Shown: positions 9,956 through 19,745 of the stretch, in pieces
How the letters are laid out: every line of letters begins with the position of its first letter
Numbering within the stretch: the first letter of the stretch is position 1
Origin: Acidobacteriota bacterium
GTDB taxonomy: Bacteria; Acidobacteriota; Thermoanaerobaculia; Multivoradales; Multivoraceae
NCBI GenBank assembly: GCA_036337765.1
Contig: JAYZDP010000168.1
Location: 3,247-67,246, forward strand
Direction: 5' to 3'
DNA: 64,000 nt
Notes under the pieces: model-generated
Told to the model about the DNA's origin: nothing
Databases searched by the model: none
The model's input: the letters and a program-made list of their open reading frames with translations, nothing else
Position numbers and translations under genes: made by a program

Positions 9956-10234
9956 ATGAGGATCTATATCGGCAACCTCCCCTACACCAGCAACGAGGAG
10001 GAAATCAGGGAGCTCTTCGGTTCCTATGGCGCAGTGGACTCGGTGGACCTGATCACCGATCGAGAGACGGGCAGGCCCCGCGGCTTTGGCTTCGTCGACA
10101 TGTCCAGCGGCGGGGCCGAGGCAGTCTCCGCGCTTCACGACAGCGCGTTCGGCGGCCGCACCCTGACGGTCAACGAAGCACGCCCTCGAGAGCCCAGATC
10201 GGATCGAGGCGGTGGCGGCGGCGGCTCCTGGTAA
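9956..10234 (+). CDS. RRM-type RNA-binding protein with glycine-rich tail
   Basis: RNP-2 IYIGNL and RNP-1 RGFGFVDM, C-terminal GGGGGG. GAGGAG sits 5 nt upstream of the ATG. Confidence 0.85.
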   Translation: MRIYIGNLPYTSNEEEIRELFGSYGAVDSVDLITDRETGRPRGFGFVDMSSGGAEAVSALHDSAFGGRTLTVNEARPREPRSDRGGGGGGSW

Positions 10235-10283
10235 CGCGGGCCGCAGACGGCCCGTACGCGCTTTGCGGACAAACCGCTGCGCG

Positions 10284-11105
10284 CTATCGCTGGCAGCTGG
10301 CGCAGTAGTAGGTGCTGCGACCCAACTGTCGAATACGCCGAATACTCGCTCCACAGCGCGGGCAGGGTAGGCCCTCGCGACCGTAGACGTCTAGCGACAC
10401 CTGAAAGTACCCAGACTCGCCGAGACCGTCAGAGAAGTCGTTCAGCGTCGTACCGCCCTGAGCGATCGCGTCGGAGAGCACACCCACGACCGAGGCGCCG
10501 ATCGCGGTCCATCGTGGGGCCGCGATACGTGTGACGCTTCGCAGCGGGTGAACCCCGGCTCGGTAGAGCGCCTCGGAGGCGTAGATATTGCCGATGCCGA
10601 CCACGATCCGCGCGTCCATCAGGAAGGATTTCACGGGCGCCCTGCGGCCACGCGCCCTCCTCCGAAGCATCTGACCCGAGAAGCCCCCTTCGAGGGGCTC
10701 GGCTCCGAGATGACGAAAGTGCCGATCCTCCGCCAGTCTGTGCGTGGCGACGGTGAAGACCAGCCCGAAGCGCCGGGGATCGCGAAAACGCAGGTCACGC
10801 CCCGAAGCGAGCCGAAACACCAGATGCTCGTGGTTCTCGGCCGTCATCTCTGGCGGCCGCAGGGTCAGCCTGCCGCTCATACCAAGATGGACCGCGAGCG
10901 TGAGCTCGCCGTCGAGGTCGACGAGCAGGTACTTCGAGCGCCGTCGCAGCCGCTCGATCCGCCGGCCCGATAGCCGCCGGCTCAACTGGGGAGAGACCGG
11001 TTCACGCAGTCGCCGCTCCCGCACCAGAACCGACTCGATTCGATCGCCCTCGAGATGAGGCTCAAGCGTCCGCCGCAGGACCTCCACCTCTGGCAGCTCC
11101 GGCAC
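10284..11105 (-). CDS. mutM: formamidopyrimidine-DNA glycosylase
   Basis: N-terminal (M)PELPEVE with catalytic Pro2. C-terminal zinc finger CPRCG..YYCASCQ. GTG start overlaps the stop of the upstream gene (TGAGTG). Confidence 0.9.
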   Translation of the reverse strand: MPELPEVEVLRRTLEPHLEGDRIESVLVRERRLREPVSPQLSRRLSGRRIERLRRRSKYLLVDLDGELTLAVHLGMSGRLTLRPPEMTAENHEHLVFRLASGRDLRFRDPRRFGLVFTVATHRLAEDRHFRHLGAEPLEGGFSGQMLRRRARGRRAPVKSFLMDARIVVGIGNIYASEALYRAGVHPLRSVTRIAAPRWTAIGASVVGVLSDAIAQGGTTLNDFSDGLGESGYFQVSLDVYGREGLPCPRCGASIRRIRQLGRSTYYCASCQR

Positions 11106-12515
11106 TCAGCCCCTTCCGGCGCTCGCCAACCAGGCGACCAGGCCAGCCAGGGCGGCCTGAGGATCGCCCGACTCGCCCTTTAGACGTAGCTCGGTGTCGA
11201 GCACCTTGGCAGGCAGACCCGCCAGGCTGCCACCCGGGAAGCGGCACGCCGCGAGGTAGGCCTTGTGCAGCCGAAACGGATGAACCTTACCGACGGCCGA
11301 GATCCCGGTCTCGGGCAAGGGCTCCATGAGCCGACTCGCGTATTGAGACTTGAAGCGATTGAAGTTCCGCTCTCCCGAAGGCACACCGACCGCCTCCATG
11401 GTTCCGGCGACCGCGGCCAGATCGCCACAGAAGCTCGCCAGCCGACCGAAGAAAGACAGACGGGCCGCCATCGAGTCTTCGGCCCCGTCCACGAGACGAT
11501 CGAGCCGGGTCAGCGCCTCACCGCCACGGCCCTCGCCGATCGCGTCGAGAAGCTTCCACACGTCCTCCTCGCCACGATCCTCGACCACGTCCCTGACCAG
11601 ATCCTGCTCGATCCGCCCCGACTCGGCGAGCGAGGCGAGCTTTCGGTACTCGGCAGCGAAGCGTGATGTCGAGTCGGCATCGATTCCATCGCTCTGCCCG
11701 CGCCCCGAGCCATGGCGCAGAGTGCGCCGACCCAGCTCCTCGAGCGCTGGCCGAACGATGGACCTGCCCGTCTCGCGCTCGAGCTCCGCGGCAAGGGCGT
11801 CGAGGCCCTGCCAGCGGCCCCGGCGGTCGGCCTCGACCCGTCCCAGCTCCAGCAGCGTCTCATCGGCCCGCAGGGCTTGTACCAGCGGATGATCCTCGGC
11901 CACCGCCACCTCGCACATCACCAGATGGTGACCGTCGGGCAGACCGTCGGTAGCCACGGCAGCGAGGTCCGCGGCATCGCCCTCCGCCCAACCTTCGAGG
12001 CCGGCAGCGTTGGCGGCTTCGAGCAGATCGGCGAGCTGGGAGCGAAGGTCCTGAGCCGCCGCCTTGGCGCGCTTCTTGGCCCGCGCCCTACCTCCCGGCG
12101 GCGCACCACCGGCGAAAACCCACTCCGGCAGCTCGGAAACCACGTTCTCGGGGCTCTCGCCATATGGCTCCAAGCCGAACAGCCGGCAAACCTGTAGCAG
12201 CCGACCCGCAGCAACTCGCCCCTTGTCGCTCAGCTTGTCGTCTGGGCTCACCGGCAGTGCTTCGGCCGCCTGGTCGATCAGGTGCGCAGCACCACGCCGA
12301 TCGGCGAGCACACCACTGGCGATCACCACGACAATCTTGGCGCTCGAGAAAAGCGAGTAGGTACGCAGATCGCCGAGCCTCGGCGCGAGCGATTCCGGAT
12401 GGCGGTAGGACTCGATCTCGGCGACAGTCGCCTCGGCCAACGCATCGGCGATGCGCAGTCCCGCCGCCTCAGCGAGCAGGATCTCGCCTGTGACCAGGTA
12501 GAGCGGGCCTTTCAC
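11106..12515 (-). CDS. holA: DNA polymerase III delta subunit (HolA)-like, with a long acidic/Ala-rich insertion
   Basis: LYLVTGE (HolA lYllyGeE) and a C-terminal HPFRLHKAYLAACRF..LRLKG-like region. The listed ORF start at 12674 would overlap the DksA-like gene by 100 nt; the GTG at 12515 is preceded by GGGAGGGG. Function call is tentative. Confidence 0.45.
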   Translation of the reverse strand: MKGPLYLVTGEILLAEAAGLRIADALAEATVAEIESYRHPESLAPRLGDLRTYSLFSSAKIVVVIASGVLADRRGAAHLIDQAAEALPVSPDDKLSDKGRVAAGRLLQVCRLFGLEPYGESPENVVSELPEWVFAGGAPPGGRARAKKRAKAAAQDLRSQLADLLEAANAAGLEGWAEGDAADLAAVATDGLPDGHHLVMCEVAVAEDHPLVQALRADETLLELGRVEADRRGRWQGLDALAAELERETGRSIVRPALEELGRRTLRHGSGRGQSDGIDADSTSRFAAEYRKLASLAESGRIEQDLVRDVVEDRGEEDVWKLLDAIGEGRGGEALTRLDRLVDGAEDSMAARLSFFGRLASFCGDLAAVAGTMEAVGVPSGERNFNRFKSQYASRLMEPLPETGISAVGKVHPFRLHKAYLAACRFPGGSLAGLPAKVLDTELRLKGESGDPQAALAGLVAWLASAGRG

Positions 12516-12574
12516 CCCCTCCCGGATGCGGGCGACAAGCGCGCCATCCGGGGCCCCCGCCCCACCAGACGTGG

Positions 12575-13183
12575 TCAATCCAGCAGACCCTTCTCCTCGA
12601 GTTCCTGACAGTCGATGCAGTAACGCGCCCAGGGAATGGCAACCAGGCGCTCCTCGCCGATCGGTTCCGTACACGAGGTGCAGCTGCCAAACGCACCCTC
12701 GTCGATGCGGCCGAGCGCGGCCTCGATCTGCTCTAGAACCTTTCGCTCACCGGTCGACAGCGCCAACGCCAGGTCACGATCGGTATCGAAGTTGGCACGA
12801 TCGATGTCGTCCTCGCCATCGTGATTGATGCCCACGCCCACGCCTACACCCACGTCGTGCCGGTAGAGGTCGAGGATCTCCTCGCGCTGCTCCGCCAGGC
12901 GCTCCGCGAAGCTCGACAGACGGCGACTACCGTTGGTCGGGCGAGTCTTTCGTCTGGCCTTTTTCGCCGGTCGCTTCGGCGATCTGGCCACGACCCTCTT
13001 GGCTGCCTTCTTCTTCGGCGTCTTCTTGGCGACAGTCTTCGCCTTCTTGGTGGCGGGCCTGGCCTTCGCCTTCGCCTTCGAGCCCGCGGCCTTCGTAGAT
13101 CGAACCTTGCCCGAGGTCGACTTCTTCACGGCCTTCTTCGGGGAAGCCACCTTCTTCGCGGTCGTCCTTTTCTTCTTTGACAT
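12575..13183 (-). CDS. DksA/TraR-family C4 zinc-finger protein with an N-terminal histone H1-like lysine/alanine-rich domain
   Basis: C-terminal zinc finger CTSC..x17..CIDC with a coiled-coil segment before it. The first roughly 90 aa are KKxAxK repeats. The internal ATG at 13183 (MSKKKR) is taken as the start. Confidence 0.7.
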   Translation of the reverse strand: MSKKKRTTAKKVASPKKAVKKSTSGKVRSTKAAGSKAKAKARPATKKAKTVAKKTPKKKAAKRVVARSPKRPAKKARRKTRPTNGSRRLSSFAERLAEQREEILDLYRHDVGVGVGVGINHDGEDDIDRANFDTDRDLALALSTGERKVLEQIEAALGRIDEGAFGSCTSCTEPIGEERLVAIPWARYCIDCQELEEKGLLD

Positions 13184-13187
13184 CGCC

Positions 13188-13661
13188 TTATCGCTTTGAG
13201 CGGTGATAGTTGCTTCCGGTACGGATGGTTGTCGCTCGATAAATCTGCTCGTACAAGACCAACCTGGCAAGCTCGTGGGGCAGCGTCATCGGACCCAGCG
13301 ACAAGACCTCGTTCGATCTGTCCAGAACGGCCTCATCGAGCCCGACGTCGGATCCGATGACGAACGCCACCGGGTGCGGCCAATTCGCCTCGAGCTCCAT
13401 CAGCCGATCCGAGAACGCTAGTGACGGGAGCATCCGACCGCCCGAATCGAGAGCGACGACCCAGGCCTTCGGCGGCAACGCCCCGAGAAGGGATTTCCCC
13501 TCGCTTCGCCGCCGCACCTCGTCGCTGCCCTCCCGACGCGACCGCACCTGCTGGTCTCGCAGCCGCATCGATCTGAGCCGCGAGGCATACTCGTCCACCA
13601 GATCCTGCCAGCGATCTCTTCGATGGCGACCCGACCATAGGACGATCAGCTCCCGGCCCAC
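13188..13661 (-). CDS. rlmH: 23S rRNA (pseudouridine1915-N3)-methyltransferase RlmH (SPOUT)
   Basis: 157-aa SPOUT fold ending YRATTIRTGSNYHR. Size and position (upstream of the dksA-like gene) fit. Confidence 0.8.
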   Translation of the reverse strand: MGRELIVLWSGRHRRDRWQDLVDEYASRLRSMRLRDQQVRSRREGSDEVRRRSEGKSLLGALPPKAWVVALDSGGRMLPSLAFSDRLMELEANWPHPVAFVIGSDVGLDEAVLDRSNEVLSLGPMTLPHELARLVLYEQIYRATTIRTGSNYHRSKR

Positions 13662-13882
13662 TTGAAGGCCTCACTTACGAGTATTTGGAGGCATCTCGGG
13701 GCGGCAAGCCGCCACGAGATGGGGGAGTATAAGCGGAAAGGCCGAGCCGGGTCACGTCCGCGGCTCGAAGGCTTCCTTCATAGTCGCTCTGCTATGCTGC
13801 GCGCTCCTTCGAGACCCCCCGGAGCCCACACCTTGCGCGCGCAAACCCGCCTTCGGTGGACTCTCCACGGAGCCGTCACGAC

Positions 13883-16800
13883 ATGAGCGAGAACAGGTTC
13901 CCGGTCGTCGAGTCCGGCTACCCGTTTCCAGAGATCGAGCTTGAGACGCTCGAGTACTGGCGCGACGAGGACGTTTTTCGCCGCTCGGTATCGAAGTACT
14001 CCGGAGGGCCGGAGTTCGTGTTCTACGACGGTCCGCCGACCGCCAACAATGCACCTCACGTAGGCCACGTCGTCACCCGCGTGGTCAAAGACCTGATCCC
14101 ACGCTACCGCACCATGCGGGGCTACCACGTGGTTCGCAAGGCGGGCTGGGACACCCACGGCTTGCCGGTGGAGATCGAGGTCGAGAAGGCCCTCGGCTTC
14201 AGCAGCAAGAAGCAGATCGAGGAGTATGGGGTCGCCGAATTCAACCGCCGATGCCTGGAGAGCGTAGACCGCTACGAGAAGCAGTGGCGCGAAATGGTCG
14301 AACGGGTCGGTCACTGGATCGACCTCGAGGATCCCTATTTCACCTACACCAACGAGTACATCGAGTCGGTGTGGTGGGCGCTCGCCGAGCTAGCGAACAG
14401 GCGCCGGCTCGAGAAGGGCTTCAAGATCCAGCACTACTGCGGCCGTTGCGGCACGCCGCTGTCGAGCCACGAGGTCGCCCAGAACTACAAGGACACCGAA
14501 GATCCGTCGGTCTGGGTGCTCTTCCCTCTCCGGGACGGCCAGGTCGCCACCGACGCCGACGGCGACGAGCACGCCCTCGGGGCGCAACATCGCATCGTCG
14601 CCTGGACGACGACTCCGTGGACCCTGCTCTCTCATAGCGGCCTGGCGCTCAACGCCGCCCTCGACTATCGACTGGTCGAGCACCCCCGCGTGCCCGGGAG
14701 CTTTCTGATCTTCGCCGATGAGCTCGAGCCACCGGTGCCGCTCCTCGCTTCTGGCGAGGATGGCAAAACAGCCCGGCTGGATCTGCGCGACTGCGACGTC
14801 GTCGCACGTTTCCACGGTCACGATCTCGAGGGCCTGCGCTACGACCGGCCCTTCCGCGTCGCCCCACAAAGCGATGACGCCGACGCCGGCAACGACAACG
14901 CCTCCGACCGCGACGGCTGGATTGTGGTCGCGGCCGACTACGTCACTGCGACCGAGGGAACGGGCATCGTTCACACGGCGCCGCTGTTCGGCGAAGACGA
15001 CTACCAAACTGGGCGCAAGTACGGCCTGCCACAGATCCAGGCGGTCGACGGCGCCGGCAAGATCCGCGAGGGCGCCGGGCTCGAGGGGCTGGCGGGAACC
15101 TGGTTCAAGGACGCCGACCGAGAGGTGATCCGCGACCTTCGCCAGCGCGGATTGCTACTGCACGACGAACGCTACAAGCACAGCTACGCCTTCTGCTGGC
15201 GCTGCGACGAGCCCCTGCTGTTCTACGCCACTGAAAGCTGGTTCGTGCGCACCACCCTCGACAAAGACAAGCTGATCCAGCACAACCGCACGATCGGCTG
15301 GCGGCCGGAGCACGTCGGCGAAGGCCGCTTCGGCGACTGGCTCGAAAACCTGGTCGACTGGGCGCTGTCGCGCAATCGCTACTGGGGTACACCGCTGCCG
15401 GTCTGGGTGTGCGACGGGTGCGAGGCGACCCAGGCCATCGGCTCCTACGCAGCTCTGCACGAGGCAGCAGGGATCGAGCTCCCCTCAGATCCGTACGATC
15501 CGAAGGTCTTCGATCCGCACCGTCCGTACATCGACGACTTCACCTGGCCCTGTGCAGATTGCGACGGTACAAAGCGGCGGGTCGAGGCAGTCATCGACGC
15601 GTGGTTCGACTCAGGATCGATGCCCTTCGCCCAGCACCACTACCCGTTCGAGAACAAAGAGCTCTTCGAGCGTCACTTTCCCGCCGACTTCATCTCCGAA
15701 GCCGTCGACCAGACGCGCGGCTGGTTCTTCACCCTGCACGCTCTGGGAAGCCTACTCTTCGACGACGTGGCCTTCCGCAACTGCATCGTGCTGGGCCACA
15801 TCAGCGACGAGTCGGGGCGCAAGATGTCGAAGCGCATCGGCAACGTCGTCGATCCGATGGAAGTGATCGGCGAGACCGGCGCCGACGCGCTGCGCTGGTA
15901 CTTCTGCGTCAACAACCCTGAGCAGAACGCACGCTTCTCCGCCAGGCTGGTGCGCGAAGCGGCGCAGGGCTTCCTCATCCCGCTGTGGAACGCGCTGTCG
16001 TTCTTCTCGATTTACGCCAACCTCGACGGCTGGAGGCCCGGTGACGACGCGGGCGCCTTCGTGCAGCGGCCGGCGCTCGACCGCTGGGTGTTGCTGCGCC
16101 TCGATGGTGTCGTCGCCGAGGCGACGCGCGCCCTCGACGGCTACGACACTGCAAGCGCAGCCAAGGCGATCGAGGCCTTCATCGAAGACCTCACGAACTG
16201 GTACATCCGCCGCAGTAGAGACCGCTTCTGGGCCCCGGTGCTAGAAGGGGTCACGACCGGCGGGGGCCCCGACAAGTCGAGCGCCTACGCCGCCCTATAC
16301 GAGGTGCTGACCACCCTGGCGCGCGTCCTCGCGCCGTTCACGCCCTTCGTCGCGGACCGCATCCATCGAAACCTCGAGCGAACGATCGGTGCCACCGGGG
16401 AGCCCCGTGTGCACCTGGAATCGTGGCCCGAGCCGCCGCGTCGGGCCGACGACGAGCTGGAGCGGGACATGAAGACAGTGCAGCGAGCGGTGCGCTTCGG
16501 GCACGCAGCCCGCAACGCCCATTCCGTCCGCACTCGCCAGCCGCTGCGCAGCGTCACCATTGTCGCCGCCGACGACGAGCTCGGAGCCAAACTCGCTCCT
16601 CACCTGGAGCTGGTCCGCGAGGAGCTCAACGTGCGCGAGGTGGACTTCGCCCAGAATCGCTCCGACTACGTTTACCACGAGATCCTCCCGGTCTTTCCGA
16701 GATGCGGTCCTCGCTTCGGCAAGCGCATGCCCCTGGTGCAGCGAGCGCTGGCGGATGCTGACGGAGATTCGCTCGCCGATGCACTCGACGTCAGAGGCAG

Positions 16801-17197
16801 TGTCGAGATCGAGATCGAGGGGTGCGTCGAGTCGTTGAGCGCAGAGGAGCTCGAGGTGAGGCTGGTCGAGAAGGAGGGCATGGCGATCCAGGGCGATCGC
16901 GATCTGCTCGTTGCGCTCGATGTCGAGCTCGACGCCGGGCTTCTCACCGAGGGCCTAGCGCGCGAGGTCGTGCACCGCATCCAGCGCGCCCGCAAAGAGA
17001 TGGACCTCGACTACGCAGATCGCATCGAGGTGCAATACAGGGCCGCCGAGCCGGTGGTCGAAGCTCTTGCAGCCCACCGCGAGTGGGTCATGGGTGAGAC
17101 CCTTGCGACCGCGCTCACCGTGGCTCCAGAAGGCGCGGAGCTCGACGCCGCACCGGTCGAGGAGCACGATTTCGCCCTTCAGCTGACCAAGAGGTAG
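13883..17197 (+). CDS. ileS: isoleucyl-tRNA synthetase (type 2, about 1100 aa)
   Basis: HIGH motif as PHVGHV, KMSKS motif as KMSKRIGN, and a CP1 editing domain. GGAG lies 11 nt upstream of the ATG at 13883 (ORF opens at 13856). Confidence 0.95.
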   Translation: MSENRFPVVESGYPFPEIELETLEYWRDEDVFRRSVSKYSGGPEFVFYDGPPTANNAPHVGHVVTRVVKDLIPRYRTMRGYHVVRKAGWDTHGLPVEIEVEKALGFSSKKQIEEYGVAEFNRRCLESVDRYEKQWREMVERVGHWIDLEDPYFTYTNEYIESVWWALAELANRRRLEKGFKIQHYCGRCGTPLSSHEVAQNYKDTEDPSVWVLFPLRDGQVATDADGDEHALGAQHRIVAWTTTPWTLLSHSGLALNAALDYRLVEHPRVPGSFLIFADELEPPVPLLASGEDGKTARLDLRDCDVVARFHGHDLEGLRYDRPFRVAPQSDDADAGNDNASDRDGWIVVAADYVTATEGTGIVHTAPLFGEDDYQTGRKYGLPQIQAVDGAGKIREGAGLEGLAGTWFKDADREVIRDLRQRGLLLHDERYKHSYAFCWRCDEPLLFYATESWFVRTTLDKDKLIQHNRTIGWRPEHVGEGRFGDWLENLVDWALSRNRYWGTPLPVWVCDGCEATQAIGSYAALHEAAGIELPSDPYDPKVFDPHRPYIDDFTWPCADCDGTKRRVEAVIDAWFDSGSMPFAQHHYPFENKELFERHFPADFISEAVDQTRGWFFTLHALGSLLFDDVAFRNCIVLGHISDESGRKMSKRIGNVVDPMEVIGETGADALRWYFCVNNPEQNARFSARLVREAAQGFLIPLWNALSFFSIYANLDGWRPGDDAGAFVQRPALDRWVLLRLDGVVAEATRALDGYDTASAAKAIEAFIEDLTNWYIRRSRDRFWAPVLEGVTTGGGPDKSSAYAALYEVLTTLARVLAPFTPFVADRIHRNLERTIGATGEPRVHLESWPEPPRRADDELERDMKTVQRAVRFGHAARNAHSVRTRQPLRSVTIVAADDELGAKLAPHLELVREELNVREVDFAQNRSDYVYHEILPVFPRCGPRFGKRMPLVQRALADADGDSLADALDVRGSVEIEIEGCVESLSAEELEVRLVEKEGMAIQGDRDLLVALDVELDAGLLTEGLAREVVHRIQRARKEMDLDYADRIEVQYRAAEPVVEALAAHREWVMGETLATALTVAPEGAELDAAPVEEHDFALQLTKR

Positions 17198-17203
17198 GTA
17201 GGG

Positions 17204-18556
17204 ATGGCAGGAATCTTCAAGGCCTACGACGTCCGCGGCCTCTACCCCGAAGAGCTCGACGAAACACGAGCGCGCGCGATCGGTCGATCGTTCCCACAGG
17301 TGCTCGACCCCTCGGATCTCGAGCGGACCCGGACGGTCGTTGTCGGCCGCGACATGAGGCCCCACGGAGTGCCCCTCTGTGAGGCGCTGATCGAGGGGCT
17401 ACGCGAGGGTGGCGTCGACGTCCTCGACATCGGCCTCGCGACAACACCGATGAACTACTTCGCCGTCGGCCGCCTGGGCGCCGCGGGCGGAGTTCAGGTC
17501 ACCGCCAGTCACAACCCACCGAGATACAACGGCTGCAAGTTCAGCCTCGGCGACGCACGGCCAGTCTCTGGCGACGGAGGTATTCCCGAGATCGAGCGCC
17601 TAGCGGCAACCGGCGGTCCGCGGGCAGAGTCGCTGGGCGTGCTGTCGCAGGGCGAGATCATGTCGACTTACCGCGAGCACCTGCTCTCGTTTCTCGACGA
17701 TGTCCCTGGCCACCACCGCCTCAGGGTAGCCGTCGACGCAGCCAACGGTATGGGATGCCTCTACCAACCGCTGCTCGAAGCTGCGGGCATCGATCTGGAG
17801 CTGTTGTACTTCGAGCTCGATGGCTCATTCCCGAATCACGAGCCGAACCCGCTGAATCTCGACAATCTGCGCGACCTCGGTGAGCTGGTGCGCTCGAGTG
17901 GCGCCGATCTCGGCGTGGCGTTCGACGGCGACGCTGACCGTGCGGGTTTCGTCGACGAGCGCGGCGAACCGGTGGGCAGCGACCTGTCGACGGCGCTGAT
18001 CGGGGGGGAGCTCCTCGCCCGGTACCCCGGAACGGCGGTGGTCTACGATCTTCGATCGTCGCGAGCCGTGGCCGAGTACATCCGGGAGATGGGCGGCGAG
18101 CCGATCCGCGAGCGGGTCGGCCATTCGTTCATCAAGGCCACCCTACGAAAGCACGACGGCGCCTTCGGCGGCGAGCTCGCCGGACACTACTACTTCCGCG
18201 ACAACTACACTGCCGACTGCTCGCTCATGGCTGTCTTCGAAATGATCAATCTCCTTCGCCGACGTGGCCAGCCGCTATCGGAGATCGTCGCGCCGCTGGC
18301 GCGCTACGCCAAGACCCCGGAGATCAACTTCGAGGTCGAGGACAAGGAAGCCATGATGGCCGAGCTCGCCCGGGTTTTCGCGGACGGGGAGATCGACACC
18401 CTCGACGGGGTCACCGTGCAGTACCACGACTGGTGGTTCAACGTCCGCCCGTCGAACACCGAGCCACTCCTGCGGCTGGTTGCAGAGGCGCGTGACGAGG
18501 CACTGCTGGCCGAAAAGGAAGCGGCCCTGCTGGAGATTCTCGGCGATCCGGTATAG
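17204..18556 (+). CDS. phosphomannomutase/phosphoglucomutase (alpha-D-phosphohexomutase)
   Basis: Active-site TASHNPPRYNGCKF, metal-binding DGDADR, sugar-binding loop GGELAGHYYF. Confidence 0.9.
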   Translation: MAGIFKAYDVRGLYPEELDETRARAIGRSFPQVLDPSDLERTRTVVVGRDMRPHGVPLCEALIEGLREGGVDVLDIGLATTPMNYFAVGRLGAAGGVQVTASHNPPRYNGCKFSLGDARPVSGDGGIPEIERLAATGGPRAESLGVLSQGEIMSTYREHLLSFLDDVPGHHRLRVAVDAANGMGCLYQPLLEAAGIDLELLYFELDGSFPNHEPNPLNLDNLRDLGELVRSSGADLGVAFDGDADRAGFVDERGEPVGSDLSTALIGGELLARYPGTAVVYDLRSSRAVAEYIREMGGEPIRERVGHSFIKATLRKHDGAFGGELAGHYYFRDNYTADCSLMAVFEMINLLRRRGQPLSEIVAPLARYAKTPEINFEVEDKEAMMAELARVFADGEIDTLDGVTVQYHDWWFNVRPSNTEPLLRLVAEARDEALLAEKEAALLEILGDPV

Positions 18557-18597
18557 CGATCAGCCCTATTCCTCTCGAAGCACACGGGAAGGATCGA

Positions 18598-18616
18598 GGC
18601 CGGTAGCGCTCCGGCC
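18598..18616. terminator. GC hairpin (GGCCGG-N7-CCGGCC) between convergent genes, possible bidirectional terminator
   Basis: 6-bp GC stem with a 7-nt loop in the 83-nt gap between the + and - genes. No U-tract. Confidence 0.3.
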
Positions 18617-18639
18617 CTGACCGCAAGGTCGATCAGTCT

Positions 18640-19332
18640 CTACCGCCGAAGCAGACCCAGCCGCATCACGTAGTAGAGCAGGGTCAGCGCGGTCGAGACC
18701 GCAGCAGCGACGTAGGTCAAAGCGGCGGCATCGAGCACCTTCGACACTCCCGCGCGCTCGCCCTGCAACACGATTCCCTGCTCCCAGGCGAGCTTCTTCG
18801 CTCGCTTCGAGGCGTCGAACTCCACCGGCAGGGTGACGATCTGAAAGAGCAGCAGGAGAGCGATGCCGCCGACGCCGATCAGCATCAGCTCTGGGCTCCG
18901 CATGAAAAAGCCCGCGATCATCGCGACATACCCGAGCTTGGTGCCGATGCCGACCGTGGGAACGATCGCCGACCGAAGCTGCAGCGGTGCGTAGCGTTTG
19001 GAGTGCTGGATGGCGTGACCGGCCTCGTGGCAAGCAACCCCGATCGCGGAGATCGAAGGCTGGCCGTAGACCGGCTCGGAGAGCGCGAGGGTCTTGGTCA
19101 TCGGATTGTAGTGGTCCGAGAGCATGCCCTTCGTCGAGACGATCTTCACGTCGTCGATGCCCGCGCTGTGAAGCAGGCGCTCGGCGGCCTGGGCACCCGT
19201 CAACCCGCTTGCCGCGCGCACCTTCGAGTACTTGTTGAAGGCGCTCTTGGTCTTGGCGCTCGCCCACAGCGACAAAAGAATGCCCGGGCCGATGAAGACG
19301 AAGTAGATGGGATCGAAGAACCCGAAAAACAT
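18640..19332 (-). CDS. membrane-anchored zinc metallopeptidase (YugP/PF04228-like)
   Basis: HEAGHAIQH (HExxH), N-terminal TM segment, 230 aa. Confidence 0.75.
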   Translation of the reverse strand: MFFGFFDPIYFVFIGPGILLSLWASAKTKSAFNKYSKVRAASGLTGAQAAERLLHSAGIDDVKIVSTKGMLSDHYNPMTKTLALSEPVYGQPSISAIGVACHEAGHAIQHSKRYAPLQLRSAIVPTVGIGTKLGYVAMIAGFFMRSPELMLIGVGGIALLLLFQIVTLPVEFDASKRAKKLAWEQGIVLQGERAGVSKVLDAAALTYVAAAVSTALTLLYYVMRLGLLRR

Positions 19333-19472
19333 AGCCGTTGCTCCTCCTGCTCTCTATACGGACCCGACACCTATAACGTTCTCGGACCGCCTCGGAATTC
19401 CGGCCGAAAGGCCCGAGTAGACTCTATTCTACAGCGTCGATCAGCAACCGAGGAGCGCCCGCCAAAGCGCGC

Positions 19473-19745
19473 TCAGAGCATCTCCTGCGATTCGTCGCCA
19501 TAGAGCACGAGCTCGCCGGTCGGCGATTCGATACTTGGATCCTCTTCTAGGGTCATTGGCACCGCCCGTGTGCCCGCGCTCGGCTGCACGGGATCGAGTG
19601 CGTGTGGCAGAAGACCCGCCAGCTCCGAGTACTCGCGCCAGAGCTCCCTCTCCTCGTCGCTCAGGTCCAGGCCCGGGTCTTCGAGTTCGGGGTTCTCGAG
19701 CAGCTGCAGCAGCCGCTCCAGGATGACGTCTTCTCGGTCGCTCAT
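19473..19745 (-). CDS. small acidic protein, putative anti-sigma factor partner of the upstream ECF sigma gene
   Basis: 90-aa ORF whose ATG overlaps the TGA of the sigma-factor reading frame (ATGA). No recognisable domain. Confidence 0.4.
   Translation of the reverse strand: MSDREDVILERLLQLLENPELEDPGLDLSDEERELWREYSELAGLLPHALDPVQPSAGTRAVPMTLEEDPSIESPTGELVLYGDESQEML

Noticed and set aside
19333-19472. GGCC-GAAA-GGCC tetraloop hairpin downstream of the anti-sigma ORF as a terminator
   Set aside because: The stem is only 4 bp, there is no U-tract, and it could equally be promoter spacer for the metallopeptidase gene.
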